A stretch of DNA of 62,271 nt, counting the filler, from Thermodesulfobacteriota bacterium (GTDB lineage: Bacteria; DASVDK01), in the NCBI GenBank assembly GCA_036381125.1. It is 5 parts of 5 records of this genome, joined end to end, with 100 filler letters (N's around TTAATTAATTAA, not from the genome) between each part and the next. Parts side by side here need not be neighbours in the genome. Positions count along the whole stretch, not along the records: positions 40,060 to 54,000 come from DASVDK010000009.1; positions 54,101 to 62,271 come from DASVDK010000012.1; 3 more parts are not named here. One strand, written 5' to 3'. Both the position numbers and the translations under genes were made by a program. Of the stretch, positions 46,405 through 55,163 are shown piece after piece; within the stretch, counting starts at the first letter, position 1; each line of letters opens with the position of its first letter. The notes under the pieces are model-generated. The model saw only the letters and a list, made by a program, of their open reading frames with translations. It was not told the origin of the DNA and ran no database searches.

Positions 46405-47094
46405 GTGAGTCCCGGGCGCAAGATCCTGCTCGCGTACGTCGCACTTCAGGCGGCCTTCGCGATGTCGCTCCTGTCAGGCAGCGAGATCATGGCCGTCGCC
46501 GCGTTCGCGATCGCGCTGCCGGGGTCGTTGGCGATGCTCGCCGTGGGGGCCGGGCCCCTGAGCGAGGCGCTCGGCTTGACGTTTGGCACGGTCGGGCACG
46601 GGATCGCGGTGCAGGTTTCAGGGGCACTGCTCAACATCGCGGTCGCCGCCACCGCGGCACGCGGTCTTGCCTTCCTGCGCAGCAGGGGATTCAGGTCCTG
46701 GGCGGTCGTCCTGACGGGCTATGCGGGGCTCCTCACCTGGTGGATCACCGGAGGGACAGGTTCCTGGGGCTGGGTGCGTGGAGGCCTCCTCGTCTTCTTT
46801 GTCAGCGGCGTGGTCGCCGGCGTGGGAGGGCTTGCGGGGAGTCGATGGGCCGAGCGGTGGGGTGCGGTGTTCGCTGCGGCGGGGCTGGCGACCGGTGGGG
46901 CGCTTTTCCTGGCCCGCATCGTCTTCGTCGTCCGGCACGGGGGCATGGACTGCTACGACTGCAACGGTTCGCCGGTCGCCTTCCTGATCGGCTGGATCTG
47001 GGAGCAGGGCGCGGTCACGGTGCCGAGCGGACTCATCATGCGGCTGTGGTGGCGTGAGCGCGCTGCAAGGAGCCGAGGGGCAGTATGGCCGTGA
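46405..47094 (+). CDS. Hypothetical multi-TM membrane protein
   Basis: About 7 hydrophobic segments; DCYDCNG motif; codon usage less GC3-biased than neighbours. Confidence 0.55.
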   Translation: MSPGRKILLAYVALQAAFAMSLLSGSEIMAVAAFAIALPGSLAMLAVGAGPLSEALGLTFGTVGHGIAVQVSGALLNIAVAATAARGLAFLRSRGFRSWAVVLTGYAGLLTWWITGGTGSWGWVRGGLLVFFVSGVVAGVGGLAGSRWAERWGAVFAAAGLATGGALFLARIVFVVRHGGMDCYDCNGSPVAFLIGWIWEQGAVTVPSGLIMRLWWRERAARSRGAVWP

Positions 47095-47501
47095 TCGGCA
47101 CGGTCGCCGGTCGGTTCGGCGACGCGCTGCGGCCGTCCCCGATCTCTCGGGCATGGCGCCCGAGGCGATCCGTGAATCGCGGTCGGTCTTCCAACACCTC
47201 GTCGGGCGCTACACGCGTGTCGCCGGCTTCGATCGGTACGGGCACGCGCAGCCGGAGTTCGTGACGCGGGGACGTGCGGTCGTGAGCGGGACCGGACGGC
47301 GGGCTTACCGGATGATGCACGCCGTGCCTCGTGCGAACAGGGGTGGCTGGAAGACCTGCTCGAGAGGTCACACGTATCGCGGGCCGGGCGGCTGCCCGAC
47401 CCGACTTCCATCGCCCGATGGTGGGGCAGGTCGACTACACGCGGACACCGGGACCCGCCGGGCAACGCCTTCTTCGCCGCCGCGCGCCAGGCCTCGGCAA
47501 C

Positions 47502-47597
47502 GGGGTCGGGTCTCGACTGATGGGGTCAGGCCTCGACGGTCTCCCGACTGGAAAATGGAAAGGCCTGACCCCCTGGAAAATGGAAAGACCTGACCCC
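47502..47597. repeat. GGGGTCAGG-family intergenic repeat cluster C
   Basis: Two degenerate heads (ggggtcgggtctcgac, ggggtcaggcctcgac) facing two full units tggaaaatggaaag(g/a)cctgacccc at 47549-47572 and 47574-47597. Confidence 0.9.
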
Positions 47598-47603
47598 GGG
47601 AAG

Positions 47604-48047
47604 TCAGCTTGCGAGGGTGGCCTTCACGCTCAGTGCCACGTTGCCCTTGAGGGCCTGGGAGATGGGGCAGCCGTCCTTGGCCTCCTCGGCGGCGCGGGCG
47701 AAGGCGGCCTGGTCGATCCCCGGCACGCGGCCGGTCACCTCGAGGGCGCTCGAGGCCACCTTGAAGCCCTGGTCAACCTTGTCGAAGGTGACCGCGGCAC
47801 GCACCTCGAGCCGCTCGGCCGGCGTGCGGGCCTTCGCGAGGCCGGCCGAAAGCGCCATGGCGAAGCAGCTCGCGTGGGAGGCGGCCAGCAGCTCCTCGGG
47901 GCTCGTCCGGCCGTTCGGCTCCTCGGTGCGCGACGCCCAGGTGACGGCCTGGTCCGTGAAGATGCCGCTGCTCCGCGCGGACACCCGCCCCTTGCCCGAC
48001 AGGAGGTCCCCCTCCCATACCGCCTCGGCCCGTCGAATCGCTGCCAT
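47604..48047 (-). CDS. osmC: OsmC family peroxiredoxin
   Basis: AEAVWEGDLLSGKG, TSPEELLAASHASCFAMAL, AKDGCPISQAL; GAGGAG SD. Confidence 0.93.
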   Translation of the reverse strand: MAAIRRAEAVWEGDLLSGKGRVSARSSGIFTDQAVTWASRTEEPNGRTSPEELLAASHASCFAMALSAGLAKARTPAERLEVRAAVTFDKVDQGFKVASSALEVTGRVPGIDQAAFARAAEEAKDGCPISQALKGNVALSVKATLAS

Positions 48048-48163
48048 CGGTCTCCTCCTCGGTGATCGGTTCGCCCGAGGAAAATGCTCGCACGGCTCGG
48101 GCCGGGGCGCCGTGAGCCGCCCGACGGTACGGCCTGATCGGCCGCTCGTGCGGCTCCGGCAGG

Positions 48164-49231
48164 CTAGCTCGGCGTGGCCCGCAGGTACTGCGGCGGGAAG
48201 ACGAGCGGCGCGCCGAGGGCGCGTGAGGCGTGGAGCGGCCAGTAGGGGTTGCGCAGCAGCTCGCGCCCGAGGAAGACCGCGTCGGCCTGGCCGGTCGCCA
48301 CGATCTGCTCGGCCTGCTCGGGCGCGGTGATCAGCCCGACCGCTCCGGTCGGCACCTCCGCCTCGCGCCGGATGGCGGCGGCGAAGGGCACCTGGTAGCC
48401 CGGCCCCATCGGCACCTTGGCCCAGGGCACCGCCCCGCCCGACGAGCAGTCGATCAGGTCGACGCCGAGGCCGGCGAGCCGCTTCGACACCTCCACGGCC
48501 TCCGTCAGCGTGAAGCCCCCGTCCACCCAGTCGGTCGCCGAGATCCGCACGAAGAGGGGCCGATCCGCCGGCCACGCCTGCCGTACGGCGGCGGCGACGG
48601 CGAGCGGGGCGCGCATGCGGTTCTCGAGCGAGCCGCCGTACTCGTCGGTGCGGCGGTTGGCGAGCGGCGAGAGGAAGCTGTGGAGCAGGTAGCCGTGCGC
48701 CATGTGCAGCTCGATCACCTCGAAGCCGGCCGCGAGCGCCCGGCGCGCGGCGTCGACGAACTGCGCCACGACGCCGTCGATGTCGCCGCGCGTCAGCTCG
48801 CGCGGCTCCGGGTAGCCCTCGCCGAACGGCACCGCGCTCGGGGCGACCGGCTGCCAGCCGCGCTCGGTCGGCGCAAGCGGCTTGCCGCCGCGCCACGGCG
48901 CGTCGGTCGAGGCCTTGCGGCCGGCGTGGGCGAGCTGGACGGCCGGCACGGCGCCGTGCGCCTTGAGGAAGGTCGTGATTCGGCGGAAGGCCTCGGCGTG
49001 CCGGTCGCTCCAGAGCCCGCTGTCGTCCGGGGAGATGCGGCCCTCGGGAGACACCGCGGTCGCCTCCACCATGACGAGCGCGGCGCCGCCGACGGCGCGG
49101 CTGCCGAGGTGGACGAGGTGCCAGTCGGTCGGCATCCCGTCCTCGGACGAGTACTGGCACATGGGGGAGACGAAGACGCGGTGCTTGAACTCGATGCCGC
49201 GGAGGCGAAAGGGCGAGAAGAGTCGACTCAC
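48164..49231 (-). CDS. NADH:flavin oxidoreductase, Old Yellow Enzyme (YqjM/NamA-like)
   Basis: SPMCQYS, QLAHAGRKAS, HMAHGYLLHSFLSP, RISATDW, RELLRNPYWP. Confidence 0.94.
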   Translation of the reverse strand: MSRLFSPFRLRGIEFKHRVFVSPMCQYSSEDGMPTDWHLVHLGSRAVGGAALVMVEATAVSPEGRISPDDSGLWSDRHAEAFRRITTFLKAHGAVPAVQLAHAGRKASTDAPWRGGKPLAPTERGWQPVAPSAVPFGEGYPEPRELTRGDIDGVVAQFVDAARRALAAGFEVIELHMAHGYLLHSFLSPLANRRTDEYGGSLENRMRAPLAVAAAVRQAWPADRPLFVRISATDWVDGGFTLTEAVEVSKRLAGLGVDLIDCSSGGAVPWAKVPMGPGYQVPFAAAIRREAEVPTGAVGLITAPEQAEQIVATGQADAVFLGRELLRNPYWPLHASRALGAPLVFPPQYLRATPS

Positions 49232-49362
49232 GTAGGGCACCTCGCAGTCGGGTATCTGGACCGCCGCGGAGCATTCTAGCGGTTGGCACCGAGCCGTACC
49301 ATCACGCGCGGGCGCACGGATCCTGCGGCGCCCGCCGCAGCGCCCTCGACAAGGAGCAGACC

Positions 49363-49575
49363 ATGGCACGGCAGTACCCGCAAAGTGATCCACGCCACCA
49401 CGCGGCCGACATCAAGGCCCGGCTGAGCGAGACCGTTCGACACGTGCGCGAGGGTGTGGACAGGGTGGAAGACCCGAAGGCCCAGGCGCTGTTCGAGACG
49501 ACGGCCGAGGTGTTGAACGGGCTCGTTGCCGCCTACGACCACTACGAGGGACGAACGGAGAAGGCCTGGCGTTAG
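49363..49575 (+). CDS. Small conserved-looking hypothetical protein (70 aa)
   Basis: AAGGAG SD; helical DPRHH...EDPKAQALFETTAEVLNGL..AYDHYE...AWR. Confidence 0.75.
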   Translation: MARQYPQSDPRHHAADIKARLSETVRHVREGVDRVEDPKAQALFETTAEVLNGLVAAYDHYEGRTEKAWR

Positions 49576-49689
49576 GGCCCGCATCCGGCGGCGGGCGGCC
49601 GCGAGGGAGCGCTCACCCGGGCAGCGCGCGGCGGGAGTCGTCATAATGGACCGGCTCGTCCGCGGCTCCAACCTGGAGGGAGGTCGCTC

Positions 49690-49767
49690 GTGCAGATCCG
49701 CACCGTCGTCGATGCGTCGTTCGGCCGCTTCGGGTCGGCCACGCCGGCCACGTGGCTCCGGCCGTGA
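49690..49767 (+). CDS. Putative 25-aa small peptide MQIRTVVDASFGRFGSATPATWLRP
   Basis: CATAAT -10 at 49642-49647; GGAGGGAGG SD at 49675-49683; GTG start; stop overlaps next GTG. Confidence 0.55.
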   Translation: MQIRTVVDASFGRFGSATPATWLRP

Positions 49768-49864
49768 CGCCGCCTCGCCCCCCCGCGCGGGCCGCCCTCC
49801 TGGTGACTGCGCGGCTCGCGGCCGCCGCGGCGGCGCTGCCGCGCGACCTGCGGGAGCGGGCATC

Positions 49865-50500
49865 GTGACGGCGTCCCGGGTTGTCACCTCGGTGGCGGCG
49901 GCGGCGCTCTTCCTCGTGGTGCTCGTCGTGGCCGACGTGGGACGCCGCCAGCTCACGCCGCCGGCTCCGACCGAGAGCGGGAACACGGTGGACGGGCTCT
50001 TGATGCTCATGGGGCTCGAGGCGCCGCCCGAAGGCCGCACGCCGGCCCCCGACTTCTCGCTGCCGACGCTCGGCGGCGACACGATCCGTCTGAACGAGCT
50101 GAGGGGCCAGGTGGTGCTCCTCAACTTCTGGGCGACCTGGTGCCCGCCCTGCCGGGCGGAGATGCCGTCCATGGAGCGCGTGTACCAGGAGTACCGGGCG
50201 CGCGGCTTCACGATCGTGGCGATCGACTACCGGGAGGGGCCGGAGCTGGTCGAGCCGTTCGTGAAGGAGCTCGGCCTCACGTTTCCGATCGCCCTCGACC
50301 GCGACGGGGCGGTGACCGACGCGAAGTATCCGACGAGCGGACTGCCCACCAGCTACCTGATCGACCGGCAGGGGCGAGCGGTCGCCCGTCGGATGGGGTA
50401 CGTGGAGTGGGACGGCGCCGCGGCCCGCGCGCTGATCGAGACGCTCCTCGCGGAACCGCAGGCGCCGTCCGAAGCGCGGAGCGAGCGGCCCTCCCGCTAA
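49865..50500 (+). CDS. TlpA/ResA-type membrane-anchored thiol-disulfide oxidoreductase
   Basis: N-terminal TM; APDFSL, LNFWATWCPPCRAEMP, GLPTSYLIDRQG. Confidence 0.92.
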   Translation: MTASRVVTSVAAAALFLVVLVVADVGRRQLTPPAPTESGNTVDGLLMLMGLEAPPEGRTPAPDFSLPTLGGDTIRLNELRGQVVLLNFWATWCPPCRAEMPSMERVYQEYRARGFTIVAIDYREGPELVEPFVKELGLTFPIALDRDGAVTDAKYPTSGLPTSYLIDRQGRAVARRMGYVEWDGAAARALIETLLAEPQAPSEARSERPSR

Positions 50501-50706
50501 GGCTTGCGCTCGCCCGTGGGCTCATCGACCCGTTCCTTGATCGACTCCTCTGCCTCGCCGGCCTTGCGCTGCGCCTTGCCGGCCGCCTCCTTGCCCATCC
50601 CCTTGGCGGAGTGCTCGGCCTGATCGGTCGCCTCGCCCCAGGCCTGCTGCGCCTTGCCGGCCGCCTCCTTGGCCGCTCCCTTGACCTTGTTGCCCATGTC
50701 ACCCAT
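50497..50706 (-). CDS. CsbD-like general stress protein
   Basis: NKVKGAAKEAAGKAQ...KEAAGKAQRKAGE; GAGGAGG SD. Confidence 0.85.
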   Translation of the reverse strand: MGDMGNKVKGAAKEAAGKAQQAWGEATDQAEHSAKGMGKEAAGKAQRKAGEAEESIKERVDEPTGERKP

Positions 50707-50848
50707 CGGAACGCCTCCTCGCGTGCTGTCTCTCGGCCGGGCCCGCACGATGCGAAGCGCGACCGCCGGTAGCCGTCGCAAGGGACGTACCCAAGGGGAG
50801 GATGGCGCCGGGAACGGGCGATCGGGCGAGCGGTCGCTCGCAGGACGG

Positions 50849-51964
50849 TCAACGGGAGGCGGGCGGCGCGCCGGCGGCCGCCTCCGGCGTGACGGGGACG
50901 AGGACGATGTCGACGTTGGCCGCGCCCGGACGCACGGGGTTTCGGGGGAAGCGCCCCTCGAGGTCGCCCGGTCGCGCGGGACCGGCGGCGCCGGACCGGG
51001 AGAGGCGCGCGACGATCTCCATCTCCCCCTCGACCGCGCGGTCGCGCAGCATCGCGTCCTCGGGCCCGAGGGTGTAGTGCACGGGGAAGCGGGGTGACTC
51101 GATCCGCTTGACGGCGAGCGGCGGCCCCGACCCGCGGCGCGCGATGACGAAGAGCGCGCCCGCCTGCTCGGCGCCGCCCGTGACGCCGGGGCCGAGGGTG
51201 ACCGTGCCGGTGACGATGGGGGCGGGCGCGGGCGCGGCCGCGCGGGGGCGCTCGATCTCCTCCCCGTGCTCCTGCCGCCAGCGCGCCTCGGCCACCCACT
51301 CCTCCACCGCCGCCCGCGTGGTCGCGTCGAGCCTGGACGACCGGAGCATCGTCTCCCAGGCGGCGGCGGCGCCCGCGTAGTCGCGGGCCTGCGAGAAGAG
51401 GAGTCCGCCCTTTGCCCAGAGCGCGAACGTGTCCTCCGGAGCGGCCGCGAGCGCCTGGTCGATCAGCTCGAGCGCGTGTTCGTACCGTCCCTCGGCCGCG
51501 GTCATGAGCCCGAGATAGGTGAGCGCGCCGGGGTGCCCGGGGTTGCGCTCGAGGATCCGGTCGAGCGCGGGCAGCGCCAGGTCGCCGCGGCCTGCGTCGA
51601 GCGCCGCTCGCACGAGCGCGAGCTGCGCCTCGGCGTCGGCAGGCGCGGCCTCGGCCTGCCTGGCGAGCCGATCGAGTTCGGCGTCGCTCGGCCCGGCCTC
51701 GGCGTCGGGGCGACCCTCGGGCACGCCGGGCACGACCCCGGCCGGCCCCCGCGCGGGCGGCGCCGGCGCGCCGGGCGCGGGGGCGGCTCCCCCGGTGATG
51801 ACGTCGTCCGGCCCCTGGCGCGGCCGCAGCGCCTGCGAGAGGAGCACGCCCATCAGGAGCCCGAAGGCGAGGATGCCGGCACCGGCGGCCAGGAGCCGGC
51901 CGCGGCGGGGCTTCGGCGCGGCGGTGCGGGTGGAGGGCTCGGGCTTCGGCGTGTCGGTCGGCAT
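50849..51964 (-). CDS. TPR protein with CcmI/CycH-like C-terminal domain
   Basis: N-terminal TM, TPR motifs, LFVIAR..GPPLAVKR...FP..YTLGPEDAM...ARLSRSG..GDLEG. Confidence 0.8.
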   Translation of the reverse strand: MPTDTPKPEPSTRTAAPKPRRGRLLAAGAGILAFGLLMGVLLSQALRPRQGPDDVITGGAAPAPGAPAPPARGPAGVVPGVPEGRPDAEAGPSDAELDRLARQAEAAPADAEAQLALVRAALDAGRGDLALPALDRILERNPGHPGALTYLGLMTAAEGRYEHALELIDQALAAAPEDTFALWAKGGLLFSQARDYAGAAAAWETMLRSSRLDATTRAAVEEWVAEARWRQEHGEEIERPRAAAPAPAPIVTGTVTLGPGVTGGAEQAGALFVIARRGSGPPLAVKRIESPRFPVHYTLGPEDAMLRDRAVEGEMEIVARLSRSGAAGPARPGDLEGRFPRNPVRPGAANVDIVLVPVTPEAAAGAPPASR

Positions 51965-51995
51965 GGCGGCCCTCATGATAGACGGCCCGGGACGC

Positions 51996-53885
51996 TCAGT
52001 GCACGTGCGCCTCGGCCGGCGCGGCCGGCGGCTCGGCGGCCAGCCGCTCGACGAGCGCGACCAGCCGACCCTCCTCGTCCGGACCCGAGGCGTCGCCGGG
52101 ACGCCATCGGGCGCGGAGGTACCCGGAGCGGTCGACGAGGAAGGCGACCGGTCCACCCGGATCGCCCGGCGCGCGGAACCGTCCGTAGACCGCGGCCACG
52201 TCCGGCGCCGTTCGCGGGTCGACGAGGACGAGGAGGCCGCCGGCGGCCGCGATGCGGTCGGCCGCGGCGGCGAGCCGCGCGACGGCGGCGTCGGCCTTGC
52301 CGGGCGCTCCGATCACGACGACGACCACCCGCCCGCGCGCGCTCCGGAGCGTGCCGACGCGTCCGGGCAGCGCGGGGTGCACGAAGTCGGGCGCCACGAT
52401 GCCCGGAGTCGGCGCCGGCTCGGGCGAGAGCGCCGCGGCCGCGGCCGCGTCCGAGAGGAGGCGGACGGTGTTCACGAGGTCCCAGCGTGCCTCCTCGTCG
52501 AGCTGGGCGCCGAAGCCGGGCATGGTGGGCGCCGGGTGTCCCGCCTGTCGCATGCCGTGCGTGATCCACCAGAAGAGGTCGCCGGCCGTGTGGTCCTTCG
52601 CATGCTCGGCCGTCAGGTCTGCCGGCGGCACCGCGAGGCCGCGCCCGGCCGGCCCGTCCCCCCGCCCCTCGGCGCCGTGGCACGGGGCGCAGTGGTGCGA
52701 GAACAGCTCCAGGCCGGCCGAGAGCGAGCCGACGTCGTAGGGCACCGCCGGCCTGGCGTAGGTCGTCGGGTAGGCGTCGATGACCAGGAAGTCGCGCAGC
52801 GGCCAGATGGCGAGCCAGGCGATCGCGAGCGCCGCGACGCCGGCGCCCAGGGCGATGCGGCGCTGGCGCGGGAAAAGCGCGGCGAACACGAGCGCCGAGA
52901 GTCCGAAGAGGGCGACGAGGACGCCGCTCTGGACGCGCGAGGCGAGCGCGGGGGCGCGGGCGAGGATCGCGCCGGTGAGCCGCACCGTGAAGGGCCAGAC
53001 CGGCTCGACGTGCCGGGCCGGCGGCGTGGAGGCGAGGGCCGCGGCCACGACGAGGATCGCCGCGCCGAGGGCCGCCTCGACGGCGACGCGGCGGGCGAGC
53101 CCGGCGCGCGGCCCCAGGAGGTTGCGGGCGGCGATCGCGAGGACCGGGACGAAGAGGGCGACCTTGGCGACGAGGAGGCGTCCGTACGGGGTCCCGACCA
53201 GTCCGGCCACGCTGCCGACGAGGGCGTAGGCGTTCGCGAGACCGGTCGCCACGAGCAGGCCCACCGAGGCCAGGCCGAGGCCCGAGAAGCGACGGGCGAG
53301 CCGGTCGGCCTCGTCCCGGGACCGGGCCTTGCGGAGCGCGAGGGCGAGCACCGGGAGCGCGCCGAGCCAGACGCCGGCCGCGAGCGCGTGGAGCACGCCG
53401 GCGGTGACCTGCCAGGCCCTGAGCGCGGCCGACTCCGCCGAGATCGCGTGCCCGCCGAGCGGGCCGGTGGCGAGCAGGAGCCCGGCCGCGCTCGCCGCCG
53501 CGCCGACGAGCCACGGGCGCGCGGGCCATCGCGCCGCCGCGGGCGGGGCGAGGAGGAGGGCGGCCGTCAGCGCCGCGAGGAGGAGGCGCGCGACGGTCAC
53601 GCGCCCGTACCAGGTGTCCGCGAGGAGGGGGCGCCAGAGCCCGGCCTGGGTCGCCTCGAGAAGGGGGCGGCCGGCCGCCTCGGCGAGCCGGAGCGCGGTC
53701 TCGCCCGCGAGCGCGAGGACGGCGATGCCGAGCGCGACGCGCGCCTGGACGAGCGCCGTCCGGTCGATGCCGGCGCGCCCCGGCCGCGCCACGAGCCAGA
53801 CGAACGCGAGACCGCCCGCCGCGAGCGCGAGCGCGCAGAGGTGGACGGCCCGGAGCGCGACGGCCAGCGCGCCGTCGGCGGTCAA
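51996..53885 (-). CDS. CopD-family copper protein fused to cytochrome c and a redoxin-like domain
   Basis: GGHA, HALAAGVWLG, RRFS, TPYGRLL..K (CopD); CAPCH...MPGF (cytochrome c); APDF...FLVDRSGYLRARW. Confidence 0.85.
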   Translation of the reverse strand: MTADGALAVALRAVHLCALALAAGGLAFVWLVARPGRAGIDRTALVQARVALGIAVLALAGETALRLAEAAGRPLLEATQAGLWRPLLADTWYGRVTVARLLLAALTAALLLAPPAAARWPARPWLVGAAASAAGLLLATGPLGGHAISAESAALRAWQVTAGVLHALAAGVWLGALPVLALALRKARSRDEADRLARRFSGLGLASVGLLVATGLANAYALVGSVAGLVGTPYGRLLVAKVALFVPVLAIAARNLLGPRAGLARRVAVEAALGAAILVVAAALASTPPARHVEPVWPFTVRLTGAILARAPALASRVQSGVLVALFGLSALVFAALFPRQRRIALGAGVAALAIAWLAIWPLRDFLVIDAYPTTYARPAVPYDVGSLSAGLELFSHHCAPCHGAEGRGDGPAGRGLAVPPADLTAEHAKDHTAGDLFWWITHGMRQAGHPAPTMPGFGAQLDEEARWDLVNTVRLLSDAAAAAALSPEPAPTPGIVAPDFVHPALPGRVGTLRSARGRVVVVVIGAPGKADAAVARLAAAADRIAAAGGLLVLVDPRTAPDVAAVYGRFRAPGDPGGPVAFLVDRSGYLRARWRPGDASGPDEEGRLVALVERLAAEPPAAPAEAHVH

Positions 53886-54000
53886 GGCCCCGGCTTGACG
53901 GTGAAGCGGTACGACCCTTCGACGACGTGGCCGTCGGCGGACAGGACGCGGTACTTCACGGTATAGGCGCCCGCGGGGAGGTCCGGGGGAAGGCCGACCG
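53882..54000 (-). CDS. copC: 3' end of CopC copper-binding protein (cut by contig end)
   Basis: LPAGAYTVKYRVLSADGHVVEGSYRFTV; TTGA overlap with copD start. Confidence 0.85.
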
Positions 54001-54100
54001 NNNNNNNNNNNNNNNNNNNNNNNNNNNNNNNNNNNNNNNNNNNNTTAATTAATTAANNNNNNNNNNNNNNNNNNNNNNNNNNNNNNNNNNNNNNNNNNNN
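54001..54100. other. Artificial contig linker
   Basis: N44-TTAATTAATTAA-N44. Confidence 0.99.
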
Positions 54101-55163
54101 CGCGCGGGAGGAGGTGCAGGAGCCGCCGGAGACCCTCGCCGGGGCCATCGAGGCGTCGAGGCGGCTCAAGGCCGGGTGGAGCGAGGAGGCCATCGAGGCG
54201 CGGGCGGCACGCGCCGCGGACATGGCGCTCCGGGCGGGGACGACGGCCCTCCGGACGCACGTGGACGTCGACCCGTACATCGAGCTGCGCGGCTTCCGCG
54301 CGCTGCTGCGGGTGCGCGAGCGGTTCCGGGATCGGCTGCGGATCCAGCTCGTCGCCTTCCCGCAGGAGGGGCTCGGCCCGGACGGCCGGGTCGAGGCGAT
54401 GCTCCGGCGCGCGCTCGAGGAGGGGGCCGACGCCGTCGGCGGCATCCCCGCGCGCGAGCCGGACCCGGAGGCGCACGTCGACCGGATCTTCGCCCTGGCC
54501 AGGGCCGCCGGCGTGGACGTCGACATGCACGTGGACGAGTCGGACGACCCGGCCGACCTCTCGATCCGTTACCTCGCCCGCAAGACGGCCGCCGAGGGGT
54601 ACCAGGGCCGGGTCGTCGCCGGCCACTGCACCTCGCTCGCGGCAGTCCCGGCGGCGCTGCTCGACGCCGTCGCGGCCGAGGTGAGCGCGGCCGGCATCTC
54701 GGTCGTCGCGCTCCCCTCCACGAACCTCTACCTCCAGGGACGCTCGGATCCGCCCCCGGTGCGCCGCGGGCTCACCCGGGTGCGCGAGCTGCTGGCGGCC
54801 GGGGTCAACGTCACCTACGGGTCGGACAACATCCGCGACCCGTTCTCCCCGTTCGGGAACGCCCGGATGCTGGAGAGCGGGCTCCTCCTCGCGCACGCCG
54901 CCTACATGGGGAGCCGCGACGACCTCGGGACCGTCGTCCGGATGGCGACGCGGCACGCCGCACGCGCCCTGCGTCTCGCCGACTACGGCCTCGAGGAGGG
55001 ATGCCGGGCCGACCTGGTGGTGCTCGACGCCGATTCTCCGCAGGACGCGCTCGTCGGGCAGGCACGGCCGCTGTGGGTCGTCGCCCGAGGCAGACCGGTC
55101 GTCGGGGGTCGCGCCGGCGGCGGCTCGGCCGGCCGGCCCCACGACCACCGCGAGGACACATGA
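54101..55163 (+). CDS. Cytosine deaminase-like amidohydrolase (5' truncated)
   Basis: GTTALRTHVD, VAFPQEG, DMHVDE, GHCTSL, GSDNIRDPF.PFG. Confidence 0.9.

Noticed and set aside
47154-47260. Possible RAYT transposase remnant (SVFQHLVGRYTR...FDRYGH) next to repeat cluster C
   Set aside because: Only vague resemblance; no HUH motif or catalytic Tyr context seen; needs a profile search
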